Of a stretch of DNA of 64,000 nt, positions 15,024-28,243 are shown one piece after another. The notes below the pieces were generated by a model, which was given only the letters and a program-made list of their open reading frames with translations, ran no database searches and had not been told where the DNA came from. Position numbers and translations under genes: made by a program. The stretch spans positions 8,868,001 to 8,932,000 of the forward strand of contig NC_087250.1 in the NCBI RefSeq assembly GCF_037042905.1, in the 5' to 3' direction. The DNA comes from Lytechinus pictus. Its lineage: Eukaryota. Positions within the stretch are counted from its first letter, which is position 1, and each line of letters begins with the position of its first letter.

Positions 15024-15236
15024 CACAGTAAACATGTTGTTTAAAATTTTATACAACGCTGTTTACTTTATGAAGCTTACAGTAGTTGTTTAACAGCTTA
15101 AACAATCATGCTTAAATTTATTGAGAATCAAATATTAAACTTTGTTGTTTGAAATTGTATAGACACTTGTTGAAACTATTTAAGCAACATACTGTAAGAT
15201 CATGTAGAAAAACAGTTTTAAAGTGTTTTTACAGTG
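15024..15236. mobile_element. EnSpm/CMC-type MITE, same family as 5011-5215
   Basis: CACAGTAAA...TTTACAGTG with 2-bp TSD TG; shared ATACAACGCTGTTTAC core. Confidence 0.7.
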
Positions 15237-16938
15237 TGCGGCTTATCAAGGAGGGAAACAAAACGATGAAAAAGGAAAATTAAGAAGAATGAATAGAAAG
15301 ACAAAAATAAAAAACAGAGATTTTTATTAAGAAATTTAAAAACGGCGATAAAAATCCCTTGAAGGATAACATATAGTGTAAAATAATGTCACGAATGAAA
15401 TATGTAAAATAGTCTTTCTTATATGTCCCCTTCCCCATTCTGGATGAATACATCCTCGCGCAAGTTGCAATGATAATACTTTGAAAACAGCCATCCCTTG
15501 TTTCTAAATGTCCACATGAAAACAGATATCAATTCAGTAACCATGGCAACCACTATGAGCTTAATCTCAATTGTCTGATCTCATATTGTTTCATATCCAT
15601 TCATCCACATCCACATACTATTACTGCGTGAAAACTTATCGGCCAACACGTAAGTGTACTTAAGCCAGACTCGATAAAGATAAGACTCATAATATATATG
15701 TTTGCATGGTACTTAATGTACTTCAAAACTAATCATTCTTATCTCACTGCTAATAGTGATCAAGGTAGAAGCGTCAATGCAGAGATAATTGCCAGCCAAG
15801 TGGTTTGATACATTTTCATGTTTTAAAGGACATTGGATTTCTTAGCTAATCTCAGCACAATCGAGGAAATAATAATCCGTGTGAAAATTGAATTAGAAAT
15901 GTCGGTAAAAGGAGTCAGTGGTGGGACATATCCCATGAAACCTGATTAATGAATCAATGTTTCAGAAAAACCAAATAAAGACGAAACAATAAAAAAAAAA
16001 ATAAACGGAAACGATTTCCCTCTCTATACTTCCCTCGATCTCTCTTATCAAGACTCCGGGTCAAGACTATTTGATTTGGAGTTTGAATGGCATTGCACCT
16101 ATAACCCTTCTTTTTCTTTATAACTCTGAATATGTCTCCCCCTCTGTCTCCAAACTAATGGTAAGAAATATTTCTTGGATAATTTGCAATTTAATTGACC
16201 TCTCTTTTGATGATTTGTGTTTGACTGAGACACTATACAAAATAAACTTACCGATTTTTTAAAATCCAATTATGCTGAATTATATTAGAATGGTCCTTGC
16301 ATTATTTGCTTCTTGTTCCTCTTCAGCTATTCGAAATGTGTACACGTCAAGAAGACCAACGGCTTTAAATCCTATCCAAAGGCCTCGTACAATCAGGAAC
16401 AATACCCCGGCTCCTGATTAACGTCAAGCTTGCGGACCGGCTCGGCTCAGAATAACTCCTGCTCTTTCTACAAAGCGATTTAAAGCAGTGATTTTCTACA
16501 CTGATTTCCTCAATCTGCTTCTATCCACAGTTGTATTACGGTTGATTGGCGGGAGCTCTAAAGTCTAATAAAGAAACGCACAATATTACCTAGTTAAGTA
16601 TTAAAACAAAGACCGTTTCATAAAGCTGTTCGTAAGTTAAGAGCGACTTTAAGAACAACTGGTGATCCTTTCTTGGGGTAAATAATATACACAAAAAAAG
16701 GATCACCAGTCGTTCTTAAAGTCGCTCTTAACTTACGAACAGCTTTATGAAACACCCACCAGGGGCGTATGTTGGTAGATTATTTAGGGGGGTGTGGGGG
16801 GGGGGGGGTGTGACGTACGTGACGTAGGCCCGACATTTTCGCAATTGAATATCACTTTTGGAATTTCAAACCTGTATCCTGCTCTTCTTAATTGTTGCAT
16901 AATTTTAAGGGGATGGGGGGGGGGGGGGGAGGTGGACT

Positions 16939-17101
16939 CTACTACTACTACTACATGTACTACTACTACTACTACATGTACTACTACTACTACTATTACT
17001 ACTACTACTACTACTTATACTACTACTACTTCCACTGTACCACTAGTACTACTACTACTACTACTACTACTGCCACTACTTCTACTTCTGCTACTAGTAC
17101 T
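16939..17101. repeat. (CTA)n microsatellite
   Basis: Direct inspection. Confidence 0.95.
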
Positions 17102-17344
17102 AAAAAGACAATGAAAACAATAGTAATAATCATAAATGTAATAAAACAGAGAAAGAGAACAATGATTTTTTTTTTTACTAAGCACTATTTATAAAAAAAA
17201 AATGTAAGCTAGTAGTCACCACGTCCTAACATGGAAAATGCATTTAAAAACAATCAATAATTTCCAAATAATTCGAGTTTTTTTTTTTTTTTTTTTTTTT
17301 TGGGGGGGGGGGGGAGACGGTTGTAAGAAACTCACATTGACCAG

Positions 17345-17501
17345 GGACCCGTTTCATAAAGGAGTTGCAACTGTTGTAACTTTGCCATAATAGCAACTAC
17401 CATGGTAACAGGGCTCAGCAGCCAATCAGAATCAAGGTTACCATAGAAGTTGCCATAATAGCAAAGTTACAACAGTTGCAAGTCCTTTATGAAACGGGCC
17501 C
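17345..17501. mobile_element. PIF/Harbinger-type palindromic MITE
   Basis: 3-bp TSD CAG; TIR GGACCCGTTTCATAAAGGA / TCCTTTATGAAACGGGCCC. Confidence 0.75.
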
Positions 17502-17786
17502 CAGATCTTATTTTTTTAAACAGATTATGTTGAATAATGCAATGATAAAAACAGGCCTTAATACTTGTATTAAAAAATATGTGACAGTATCATGATGTTT
17601 GTCTGAATATCTAATGGTAGTTATTATTCTTGACATATAGCTATAAAAATACAAAAAGCACAAACTCAATAATACACACTGAAATAAGATTAATACTAAG
17701 TAATTTTTATTGTCCCCTTGAGTACAAAAAATATTAGTACTGTTTAAATGTCTGTGTTAAATATATTAACATGGTAACATACACTA

Positions 17787-17970
17787 TTTTGTTTGGAATC
17801 ATGAACATACAACACTAATGATAAACAATACAATAACAATGAATGAATTGAAATTAAAATAAATGCCTGAAAAAGATTTTGTTTGGAATCATGAACATAC
17901 ATCACTAATGATAAACAATACAATAACAATGAATGAATTGAAATTAAAATAAATGCCTGAAAAAGATTCA
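17787..17970. repeat. 90-bp tandem duplication
   Basis: TTTTGTTTGGAATCATGAACATACA...GCCTGAAAAAGATT occurs twice. Confidence 0.9.
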
Positions 17971-18243
17971 TATTGGCATTAATAAATAATACCAATATTA
18001 CTTTATAATGCACATGAGCAGACTTACACTGCTGCTTTTAAGATTTTTCTTATACAATGATTTGAAGCTTAATTTCTTTTGGGAAACTTTTCTTCCTCAA
18101 ATTGGCAACACCAACTTTTCTCTGCCATTGCTAATGCTACAGTTGCACTGAAACACCTAAAGACTGATCACAGCTATTGCGTTGTTTTGAATGGCATTAC
18201 CACGAGCCTGTGTGGAGTCCAATTCTTCAGTGAGACAATAGTG

Positions 18244-18853
18244 TTAAAGGGATGCTCCGGGCTGAAAAAATATATATATCAAAAGATAGAGTAAAATTCG
18301 AAGAGCAAAATGCTGAAAATTTCATCAAAATGTGATAACAAATAGCAAAGTTATTTAATTTTAAAGTTTAGCAATATATTGTGAAATCAGTTATACGCAC
18401 ATCGTCATGAATATTCATTAGGTGGGCTGACGATGTCACATCCCCACTTTCCTAATTTTTTATGTTACGACATGATATCATGATGTTTGATTTTGTCATA
18501 GATGTGTGAATGATATGTCTCCATTATGATGAAAAGGTGCAGCAATTAACATCTAATGCACTAAATGAGTTGTCAATCCAATTTTTTGTTTGGTTCTTGA
18601 AGGAAAAAATTGAATGAACCTAATTCGATACAATAAAATACAAAATAACAAGTTGGGATATGACATCATCAGTTTGCACATTGAATATTCATGAAGACAT
18701 GCCTAGAACTCTTTTACCGGAATAATGCAAATCTTTTAAATGCCATATCTTTGTTACTCCTTGTCCGATTTCGATCAAATTTTCAGTGTTTGTTTGTCTG
18801 ATTTTTCTTTATCTGCTAAATCAAAGTATTTTCAGCCCGGAGTATCCCTTTAA
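18244..18853. mobile_element. Kolobok/T2-type MITE, family C
   Basis: TTAA-AGGGATGCTCCGGGCTGAAAA...TTTTCAGCCCGGAGTATCCCT-TTAA. Related degraded copies at ~18850-19520 and 61443-61995. Confidence 0.85.
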
Positions 18854-18894
18854 AGGGGGTACTCTAGGCACAAAATAATTTTGAGTTGAACAGA

Positions 18895-19010
18895 TCCAGA
18901 GCAACATGGCCCGGTGGATTAGTCTTCTGAATTTGAAACAAAGGGCCGTGGGTTCAAATCCCAGCCGTGGCATAATTTCCTTCAGCAAGAAATTGATCCA
19001 CATTGTAAGC
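18895..19010 (+). mobile_element. Truncated tRNA-derived SINE head inside a MITE
   Basis: A box TGGCCCGGTGG (18907-18917), B box GGTTCAAATCC (18951-18961), followed by a CCTTCAGCAAG box like those in CORE/V-type SINEs. Confidence 0.65.
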
Positions 19011-20102
19011 ACGTATGATCATATAGTAAAATCACACTAACACAACACTAAAACCTTCATCAAAATTGGACAAGCAATAACAAAGTTATGACATTTAAAA
19101 CTTTGCATTATTTGGTGAAACAGTGTTAGGCATGCCTTCATGAATATGCAATGAGCAAGCTGATGATGTCACATTCCCACTTTAATATTCTATTGCATTT
19201 TATTATAATGTTAAATTATACTTATTCAAATTTTGTCCTCCAAAAAAAAAACGAAAAAACAAATGGGCTGACTAATAGTGATTTAATATGTAATATCATC
19301 ATTACTGCAAGTTATTTTGTCATTAGGGAGACATATTATACACACAAGCATGATGATCTGAAGTAATTTGATGTAACACAAGAAAAATGAAAGTCGGGAC
19401 ATGACATCATCAGCCTACATACTGCACATTCATGACGGCATGCATTCAATCATTTTCACAAAATAAAATTGTTAAATTTCAAAGTTCAATAATTTTAAAC
19501 AATTTTAGCAGATTTTAAAGGGGGAGTGAACCGTGTGTGGTCTCTCATTGACTGTGTGTTATAAATACATAGTCTTCAAATCTACATTTTTCAGACATCT
19601 ACTTATACTAAAGAGAATACATTGACCTATAATTGCATGTATTTAGAGAAACTAAAATGTTTTGAGAGGAAAAGTCATTGTTTTGCTACTTGGTAACATA
19701 ATTATTGCAGTATATTAAAATGTATTGAGTAGTTAATTAGCATGTTATCATTCAAGTGGGTCTATATTACTAGACTACACTAGCATTATGGGTAAGGAAA
19801 CTGGCCAAGTATGAGTAGTTAAGGACTCGAGATGGCGCTATTGGTTCGTAGCTACTTTAATGACATTCTCAGCATTTTGCTTGTTGAATTTCAAATATAA
19901 TCATTGTCAGCCCGGAGCATCCCTTTTATGTTGTATGATCCGAAATAAACTGAGATTGATAAAAAATACCAATACAAGTTATGTGTTTGCCAATTCCCAT
20001 GTAAAATGTTTTTACATTTCTATAGGAAAAAAAAAAACACAACTGTTACAGCTTCAATTCATACACTCTCAAGGTGTTTCTACATTGATTTGATCAACAA
20101 TT

Positions 20103-20738
20103 GAAGAGCTCACTTGCAAAAGGGGTTAGGTCCATTTTTCATCAAACTTGATTTTTATGTCTCAATGTATAGATTTTTAGTAGCTCTATAAGATGATACC
20201 AAAGAAAAGTTGAAATTCCCATTAAAAAAGTGAACTGTTTCGCATCAGAATATTGCAAAATGGGATTAGAAAAATTATTTTCTTGGAGTGGACCTAGCCC
20301 CTTTTGCAACTAAACTCTTCTGAAGAACTCATTTGTCAAAGGGGTTAGGTCCATATTTCATAAATTTTATTGTTTTCTGTCTCTAAACCTCTAACTTTTT
20401 AGTCACTCTGATGATACCGAATAAAATTTGAAATTCAAATGAAAACGTGAATGAAAGTGGCAAAGAAAAACCACTTTTTTAATCAAAAGAGAATGGATTT
20501 ATTTCAGTTTGCTTGCAAAAGGGGTTAGGTCCACAATGATAATTTTTTCAAAAATACATAAACAAAAACTGAAGACAGATAGATTTCTTTTATATCCAAT
20601 TTTATGTTCACATGATAGGTTAGTACATCATGGCAATTTACTTTCTCATAAGAATATTGCAATAAGTGAGAATAAAAAACTTGGTTTTTCTTGGAATGGT
20701 CCAAAGTGGACCTAACCCCTTTTGCAACTAAACTCTTC
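20103..20738. mobile_element. Sola-like dimeric MITE copy 1
   Basis: TIR GAAGAG..TTGCAAAAGGGGTTAGGTCCA / TGGACCTAACCCCTTTTGCAA..CTCTTC; 4-bp TSD AATT. Confidence 0.75.
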
Positions 20739-20869
20739 AATTAAACAAATATTACAAAACATGAATGGCAACTATTATGGCATCTCCATGTACATTCCGT
20801 GATATCTGAATACACATATTTTGTTTCAGTTGGTAAAAGAATAAAAACAATAAACATGTACAGATATTA

Positions 20870-21472
20870 TTAAAGGACAAGTCCACCCCAACAAAAACTT
20901 GATTTGAATCAAAAGAGAAAAATCCAACAAGCATAATGCTGAAAATTTCATCAAAATCGGATGTAAAATAAGAAAGTTATGACATTTTAAAGTTTCGCTT
21001 CATTTCACAAAACAGTTATATGCACATCTCGGTCGGTATGCAAATGAGGGAACTGATGAAATCACTCACTCACTATTTCTTTTGTATTTTATTATATGAA
21101 ATATCTTGATTTTCTCGTCATTGTCATGTGAAATGAAGTTTCATTCCTCCCTGAACACGTGGAATTCCATTATTTTAACATTTTGTGGTTCACGCAAGGA
21201 GGTCCTAATTGTCAAATCTGTAAAAATTGAAATATTGTATAATTCAAACAATAAAAAACAAAAGAAATAGTGAGTGAGTGACATCATCGACTCTCTCATT
21301 GGATGTAACTGACTCGTTCATATAACTATTTTGGGGAAAATAAGCGAAACTTTGAAATGTCATAACTTTCTTATTTTACATCCGATTTTGATGAAATTTT
21401 CAGCATTGTGCTTGTCTGATTTTTCTCTATTGATTCAAATCAACATTTTTCTGAGGTGGACTTGACCTTTAA
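20870..21472. mobile_element. Kolobok/T2-type MITE, family A copy 2
   Basis: TTAA-AGGACAAGTCCACC...GGTGGACTTGACCT-TTAA; homologous to 8176-8804. Confidence 0.88.
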
Positions 21473-21697
21473 AGAGATTCATTTAAAATGAAATAAGCCA
21501 GACAATGTAGTAATTACCATTATACTACTTAATATTACAAGCAACATAACTTTTAACAGATGCACACCAAATTGTGAAAAAATAAAGATATACAGGTAAG
21601 TTTGCCTAAAACAGAGAATCTTGTGGGTCTTCATATTTAATCTGTAGACATACATAGAAATTTGAAGAGATATACATCACATCTTTGCCTAATTTAC

Positions 21698-22115
21698 GTA
21701 AATTGCCAATTTGTCTACTGCTTAATTATCCCCTCACCATATGGTCTACCTTCATTAAATCTAATGCCATTCAACCCATCAACATTTCGTCTAACAACCA
21801 TCTAGTCTAATAACCAGTTTTTCCCCAATCATCACTTCGTCTAATCACTAGTTCGTCTATGACCATTTAGTTTCATTACCAGTTGGTCTCATATCCATTT
21901 TACTTTCATTCATTTCGCTCCAATTAACACTTAGTCCCATTAGACCAAATGGTAATGGACTAAATGGGTATTGAACCAACTGGTTATTAGACAAAATGGT
22001 AAGTGGACGAAATGGCAATTACACCATGTGGATAGTGGACGAACTGATGGTAGACCAAATAATATTAGACGAGTTGGTGATTGGACGATTTGGTATTAGA
22101 CCAATTAAAAATAAC
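21698..22115. repeat. Dispersed repeat family with GTCTA/TAGAC subrepeats (relatives at ~865-1150, ~27300-27533, ~37380-37520)
   Basis: Shared GTAAATTGCCAATT.GTCTA start and inverted TAGAC(G/C)AA arrays. Confidence 0.6.
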
Positions 22116-22377
22116 CCCATTTACATGCATACCCAAATGGTATCAACTCATGCAAGTTTATGTATCAACTATCATTTTACCACTTACTACGAACACATAA
22201 CAGATACACACTGAAATGTTGAAATATAGATATACATATAATATATGGAATACTGGGATATGATAACACCAGAGCTGCAAAACTGAAGTCTGGCTGTATA
22301 TTTGCAACATTGTAGTGCTGGAGGCCTAGATATCAATCAAAGCACACATTATAAATTAAATAAAATATTTATATATA

Positions 22378-23010
22378 CAGTTGAGGTCAGATGTTTACTT
22401 ACAACCAGGAAATACAAAGAAAAGTTGACACTTGCCAAACACCATAAAATTTACTGTATCTTATAAAAAAAATTGTGCTATTATGACAAATTTGATATTA
22501 AACAAGTGAGTATGTCATGCCCCTTCATCAAATTGCTTTGTCATCAGGGTCTGAAAAATATTCAGGTGTCTTTTTTCCCCAGAAAATCTTCATATTTTAG
22601 ACAAATTAAAAGTAAAAACTTTACAAAAAAACTCATATTTGTGCTAGTTACTTCTCAACACAAACATTTCAGCTCACAATTTTTTGGTCAGTGGTGACAT
22701 AATGATAGAAAATGTAATATAGATCATGGATTTGACATTTCTATATTTCTATCAATGTTTGAAAATATAACAAACAATAGAATACATTTTGCACAAATAT
22801 TACTTTTTAAAAGAAAATTCCACCTGAAATAAACTTTAATCCCAACGGCATCTCCATCATGTGAAAGAGCTCAATACCGTCTTTTATTTGATACCGAATT
22901 TGTCATGGTAGTATTTATATTTCTGAAGATATAGTAAATTTTGCAATGTTTGACAAGCAAACAAATTCCACTGAATTCCATGGGTGTGTGTAAACTTTTG
23001 GCCTCAACTG
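22378..23010. mobile_element. Tc1-type MITE
   Basis: TA-CAGTTGAGGTCAGATGTTTAC...GTAAACTTTTGGCCTCAACTG-TA. Confidence 0.8.
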
Positions 23011-23195
23011 TATGTGTGTGTGTGTTTTTACCAGACTTTCACTTGAAAAAAGTGTCATATCAAGGAAGTGCATTATACAAGCAAAAACTAATTGGTTTCA
23101 TGTTTTGGCAAAAATATTTATTTCCTTGTATCAAATGCCAATTGGAGTTTCAGAAAATCTTTAAAAATAATCCAAAACAATTTCACATTTTTTGG

Positions 23196-23580
23196 TTAAA
23201 GGTATTGTTCAACTTTGTGAGCAGCCGATTTAAAAAATTCTCAAACCAAGATGAAACATGTGTACAAGTGCATGTATTAGAACTAATAAACCCTGAAAAC
23301 AACCATTATTGAGAATGAAAAGCTAAAACTACAAGGCAAACCCCGATTTTGTATATAGGCGTCTTATAGACGCCTAAATAGTACACATAAGTGTATGGAT
23401 GAAATTAAGATGGTGTTTTCGGTCACTTTATATTTCAATTTTTGAAGCACTAAATAATTATTTTCGAACGCAATTTTTTCTGGGCTTCATTTTTGTAACA
23501 TATCACAGACACAAATGACAAGTGTGACCTTCTAGCTCAGATTTTTTAAAAGTCAAACCAATGTTAACCAATCACTTTAA
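23196..23580. mobile_element. Kolobok-type MITE
   Basis: TTAA-AGGTATTGTTCAAC...GTTAACCAATCACT-TTAA (imperfect TIR). Confidence 0.6.
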
Positions 23581-25329
23581 TGAGTAGTGATGCCACTAAG
23601 AATTGATTTAAAAAGTGGGAAAATCAATTATAATTTCTACACACAAAAAAGTGTTTTTATGGCTGAAAATATGATGATGAAGTCTGAATTCATTGGCACA
23701 AATTCACAAAGGTGGTTTTAAAACCATCGGTTGAACCCATGGTTTATGCAGATTTTCTGAATAACTTTTTTTATTCACGAGTCGTCTGTTTGAAGACTGG
23801 ACTAATTAATTCAAAACAGTGGACTCATGAATAAAATAGCGTGCTTTACCATGGCAACAGGCATCAATTTTGCGCCATTGACAAACGCATGCATCACCAT
23901 TGGACATTTAGGCATATTTCATACAGGAAACCTGCATAAACCATGGGTTCAAAATGGTTTTCAAAACCATCTTTTTGTATTCCAGCCATCGAGTCTCAAA
24001 TGTAGCATCCGTGAGTGGCACTCCATAGATTACCAAGCGTCAACTGGATTGATGCTATGGGAATACCAGACATTGTCACTATTTCCTCTTCATGATACCC
24101 TAGGCTTCCAATAATTTATAGGAATCTCTGGAGTAAAAGGACCGGTGTAGCGGCGGATCCGGTGCTAGGCCGACACGGTTCTAGGAACACTATCTGCCAG
24201 CGGATCGTGTTCCAACTTCAGCGGATTCAGAACCAATTTCTCTTCGGCAGGTATCGTTCTTGCTATCGTTTCCCGAAATTCAAAATTATATAGGACCTAC
24301 CATGTTTATTCATCTATTTTAATAGGAAAATGAGTAATAGGAAAATTAAACCACGTCAACGCGGCAGATATGGTTCTTAACGATAGCTGCCGTAAAGAAC
24401 GATACCTGCCCCACCGATGGAACCACATCTGCCGCTACATCAGTCCGTTTCCCAACATCTTTCGCAAATCCTGTTACTGTACAACTAGTCTGCAAAACTG
24501 GGCCTACTTACAAAGCGTTGTGTCGGTGCAAGAACACCCTAAGAAAAACATTTTTGCAGACTGCATCGTTGCAGAACATCCTTAGGCAATGAATTTGTGT
24601 ATGCTGACAAGGGCATTTTAACTCTTAATGTGCCATTCACTGTAATCAGCGAGTGCTTTTTTTTTAAAGAGTCTATCTTTGTTTTATTCATAAAAAAGGG
24701 AATCACTCCCGAGACAATAATGTTAAACCTCTTGACCATAAGTTGAACTGAACAATGAAATCACTCATGCAAGCAATGCACTCCTCAAAATGCAATAGGC
24801 ATAACAATAGCTGTATGACCATTGTACGAAAATGTGTTTGTGGCACTCCAGTGGATGCACAGATATGTGTTCATGGCACGTTAAGAATTTGTTTAGAAAA
24901 CTGGTTTTAATGCAAAATGCTACTTTAATACTATGAAAATAAAAAAAAATAAAACTTTTTTTTTCATTTGGAGAAACCATGACGAATACAGAGTAAACAA
25001 GGAAATTTGCATGTTTTTTTTTCTCCCTGAAGTCATTTTGTCTGAAGATATCTATATCTGTAGTACTGCAATGAGGAAAGCTGTGTCCGCTTTTATTTCA
25101 GTTCATTCTTTTAACAACATCACGGTCCATACTGTTTAAATAAAGACTGCTTTTTTCTTTCTTTAGTTTGTTTTGTTTGAAAAAAAAAACATTGACAATG
25201 ATGTGTGTTTGATTAGTTTTTCTTTAATATTTCCCTGCATGATTCTCCGTACCAAAACAATAAGAAAGTTGTTAGTTTACCTTTAATATTAGGCCACAGA
25301 ACAAACTTCTATTTTTTCTTCTATATCTT

Positions 25330-25870
25330 CTCATTTGAAGACACCATGCTCAATGCTATGATGTTGAGGAAAGTTTTGTCAGTTTTTCCTTTAGTTCATT
25401 TGGTTTGAAGACACCATGCTAAATACTATGATGTGAGGAAAGTTGAGTCAGTTTTTCCTCTAGTTGGTTTGCTCTGAAGACACCATGCTCAATACTATGA
25501 TGATGAGGAAAGATAAGTAACTTGTTCCCTTTTGTTCTTTTCTTTTGAAGACACCATGCTCAATACTATGAAGCTGACGAAAGTTGAGTCAGTTTTTCCT
25601 TTAGTTCCTTAGGTTTAAAGACACCATGCTCGGTGATAATTCCAGTAATAAGGTCAGCCGGAGTCACGTCACGTTTTCATTGAAGACACCATGCTCAATA
25701 TTATGATGTTGAGGAAAGATAAGTTTTCCCTGTAGTTGGTTTGCTCTGAAGACACCGTGCTCAATATTATGATGTTGAGGAAAGTTGAGTCAGTTTTTCC
25801 TTTAGTTCCTTAGGTTTAAAGACACCATGCTCGGTGATAATTCCAGTAATCAGGTCAGCAGGAGTCACGT
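25330..25870. repeat. ~66-71-bp tandem array derived from the MRI1 terminal exon and stop region
   Basis: AAGACACC(A/G)TGCT recurs eight times (near 25337, 25407, 25476, 25547, 25617, 25682, 25748, 25817). Confidence 0.9.
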
Positions 25871-25897
25871 CAAAGGCAGGGTTCCATCCAGAGATAC
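25767..25897 (-). CDS. MRI1: MRI1 terminal coding exon 6 ([43 protein letters not shown])
   Basis: Translated by hand (not in the ORF track): C-terminal motif [18 protein letters not shown]. Acceptor TTGTTCAG|; TAA at 25769-25767. Confidence 0.95.
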
Positions 25898-26615
25898 CTG
25901 AACAAACAATGAAATAAAGAATAACATCTTATTTAAAGGAAACCAAAACACAAGAAGAGAAGCAATCTTATTGGGAAGAGTAAAATGAGAGGAACAATTT
26001 AAAAAAGTTTCATCAAAATCGGTAATGAAATAAGCAAGTTATGGACGTTTAAAGAATCTTGTTGTACTTTCTATGGGGATCCTCAAATTGGCAAGCATGC
26101 TTCAAAATAGCTGATTTTGTGGACAACTCTCCATTTTACATATTGCACATTATCTTCTCCTGACCTTGACATATGTGGTGTGAATTATATTTTCCCATGA
26201 CATATGTTGTGCTCAGAAGAGGGAAAAGATGCAATTTCAAAGATGAGGAAAATCTGTGTACAAAACAAATGGAGACTTGTCCAGAAATTCAGCCATTTCG
26301 AAGCACGTTTGCCAATTTAAAGAGGCACAAACAACGTCAATGTTAAATAAAAAGATAAAAGGGGGCATCTAAACTGGGCTTTGAAGCCGTTTGATTCGCG
26401 ACTCTAAGGCAAATCCTTGCCCATGTGTAACAATAAATCACGAAAATGTCTTCAAAAGAAATATAAACATTTTTTTACTGGATCAGTATTATTTGATTCT
26501 CTATAAAGACTCTTGTATCTTGTAATGTATTATAGTTTTGTTTTTGTCCAGGGTCTGTTTGGCTTTCTGTTGTCTCAATTTAAGTGTAATTTCTATGTTA
26601 TTTCAATTTATACCC

Positions 26616-27283
26616 TTAACCCTAAAACACTCGGGGGCTGAATCAGCCCCCCCTCAACATTTTTGTGATAAATCCGCCGGGCAAAATTTTTTGACCGCGT
26701 TGCTCACTGAATTTTTACTTACAAGTCTCGCGCAACTTTTGAGATCAAAATTGCAATCCCCGGGTACGAGGTTCCGAAATGACACAACATTCTGTTAGTG
26801 CATGCAGACCCAAAATTGCTAAAAAACGTGAATTAGTGTCCAAATCCAATGCAAATAGTGTTTTTAGCCAAAATTCATGAATGTATCATTATTTTTCCTT
26901 TTACTGATTAAAATTAATTTATTTCATCTTTTCATGGTCAATATATAGTCCCCAACAATTTCCATTGGAAAAAACAATTAAAAACAAAGAAAAAAAAAAA
27001 AAAAATTAAAAAACAATAAAATAAATAACAAAATAAATGTGAGGTCGAATTCTTTTTTAAGTACATTTGATGAAATTCATATAAAGAGTCTGTGAACCAA
27101 AAATTTGCATTTTAGTTAATTAGAGCAAAACTTTTGATTTTACACATAAATTAGCAAAATTAATTAGCAATGAGAATTTTCGCAGAATTTGATCTTAGAG
27201 TTTTGTAGATTATGCCAAGGGTAACACGCGTGTCAATTTTTATCGCAATAGTGCGATCCACGGCCGAGATCAGGGGGGGGGGG
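26616..27283. mobile_element. piggyBac-type MITE copy 1 (right end lost)
   Basis: Starts TTAA-CCCT; subterminal GGGGGCTGAATCAGCCCC; homologous to 30403-31909. Confidence 0.7.
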
Positions 27284-28018
27284 ACGTTACGGATTTACGC
27301 TCGTGACATTCCATCTAACAACCATTTTGGTCCAATAAACACTTGTTCCAATAATCACTTTGTCTCATAACCAGTTGGTCTAATACAGATTTTTCATTCA
27401 ATTCGCCCCATTAACACTTAGTACAAATGGTATATGGACTAAATGGCTATTGGACCAACCGGTTAATAGAAGAAATGGTGGGACCAAATGATAGTAGATG
27501 AGTTGTTAATTGGACGAATTGGTATTAGACCAATAAGCCAGTTCGTAGTTCCTTTCTGCGCATGATCAAAAGATTCTACGCATGATCAGAGGAAGGTTAT
27601 TTGTACTAAAGTGACATGGTGGTTTAAAATATAATGAGATAAGCACCAACTTTGATGTCTTGATTATTCATATATTCTTTTGAATTGTGGATTTCATTTA
27701 CATCCACAAAAAACAACGATGCGTCCACGAACGACTGGTATTTCACAGTTTGCCAAGTACATTGTGCAACATGCTATGATATGCATTCAAAGTAGGAATG
27801 CAACAAATGCCTTCATAAAGTGTTCATTGGTGTGCTATTCTAGTCACCTGGTCTATTCAATTTCTTCATCCTGCTATGTAAGGCAAGCTTACGTAATATC
27901 TTGCTTTGAAATCTGCCTATCATAATGAAAGAAATGAAAGGTCATTTGACCAAAATTGTCCATGAAGTAACTACGAACTGGTCTATTGAAAATGAAGTGA
28001 CTTGGCAGCCCTACGTAC

Positions 28019-28243
28019 CTGGAGCGGCAATCTGTATGCCGTTGATCTTCGTCAACTCCCCCTCAGGACGCTCTTCAATTACGATCTCATCCCCAGACGT
28101 CAAACTGAGGTCACATGAGGTCACGGGGGAAGCGACATAGAAGGGAACGTTGTGATGTCGGGCCGCTATGGCAAGCTGGTAGGTCCCGATTTTGTTTGCA
28201 GTGTCGCCATTAGCAACGACCCTGTCAGCACCAACGACAACGG
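28019..28243 (-). CDS. MRI1: MRI1 coding exon 5 ([22 protein letters not shown]...IEERP...IAAP)
   Basis: Catalytic-Asp motif VGADR plus [10 protein letters not shown]. Acceptor CTCCTGACAG|, donor G|GTACG; 225 nt, phase 1 to 1. Confidence 0.97.

Noticed and set aside
16794..17194. Poly-T/poly-Y/poly-L ORFs
   Set aside because: Translations of a (CTA)n microsatellite.
25330..25870. CRISPR-like repeat-spacer pattern
   Set aside because: The apparent spacers are themselves homologous to each other and to the MRI1 exon; it is a tandem array.
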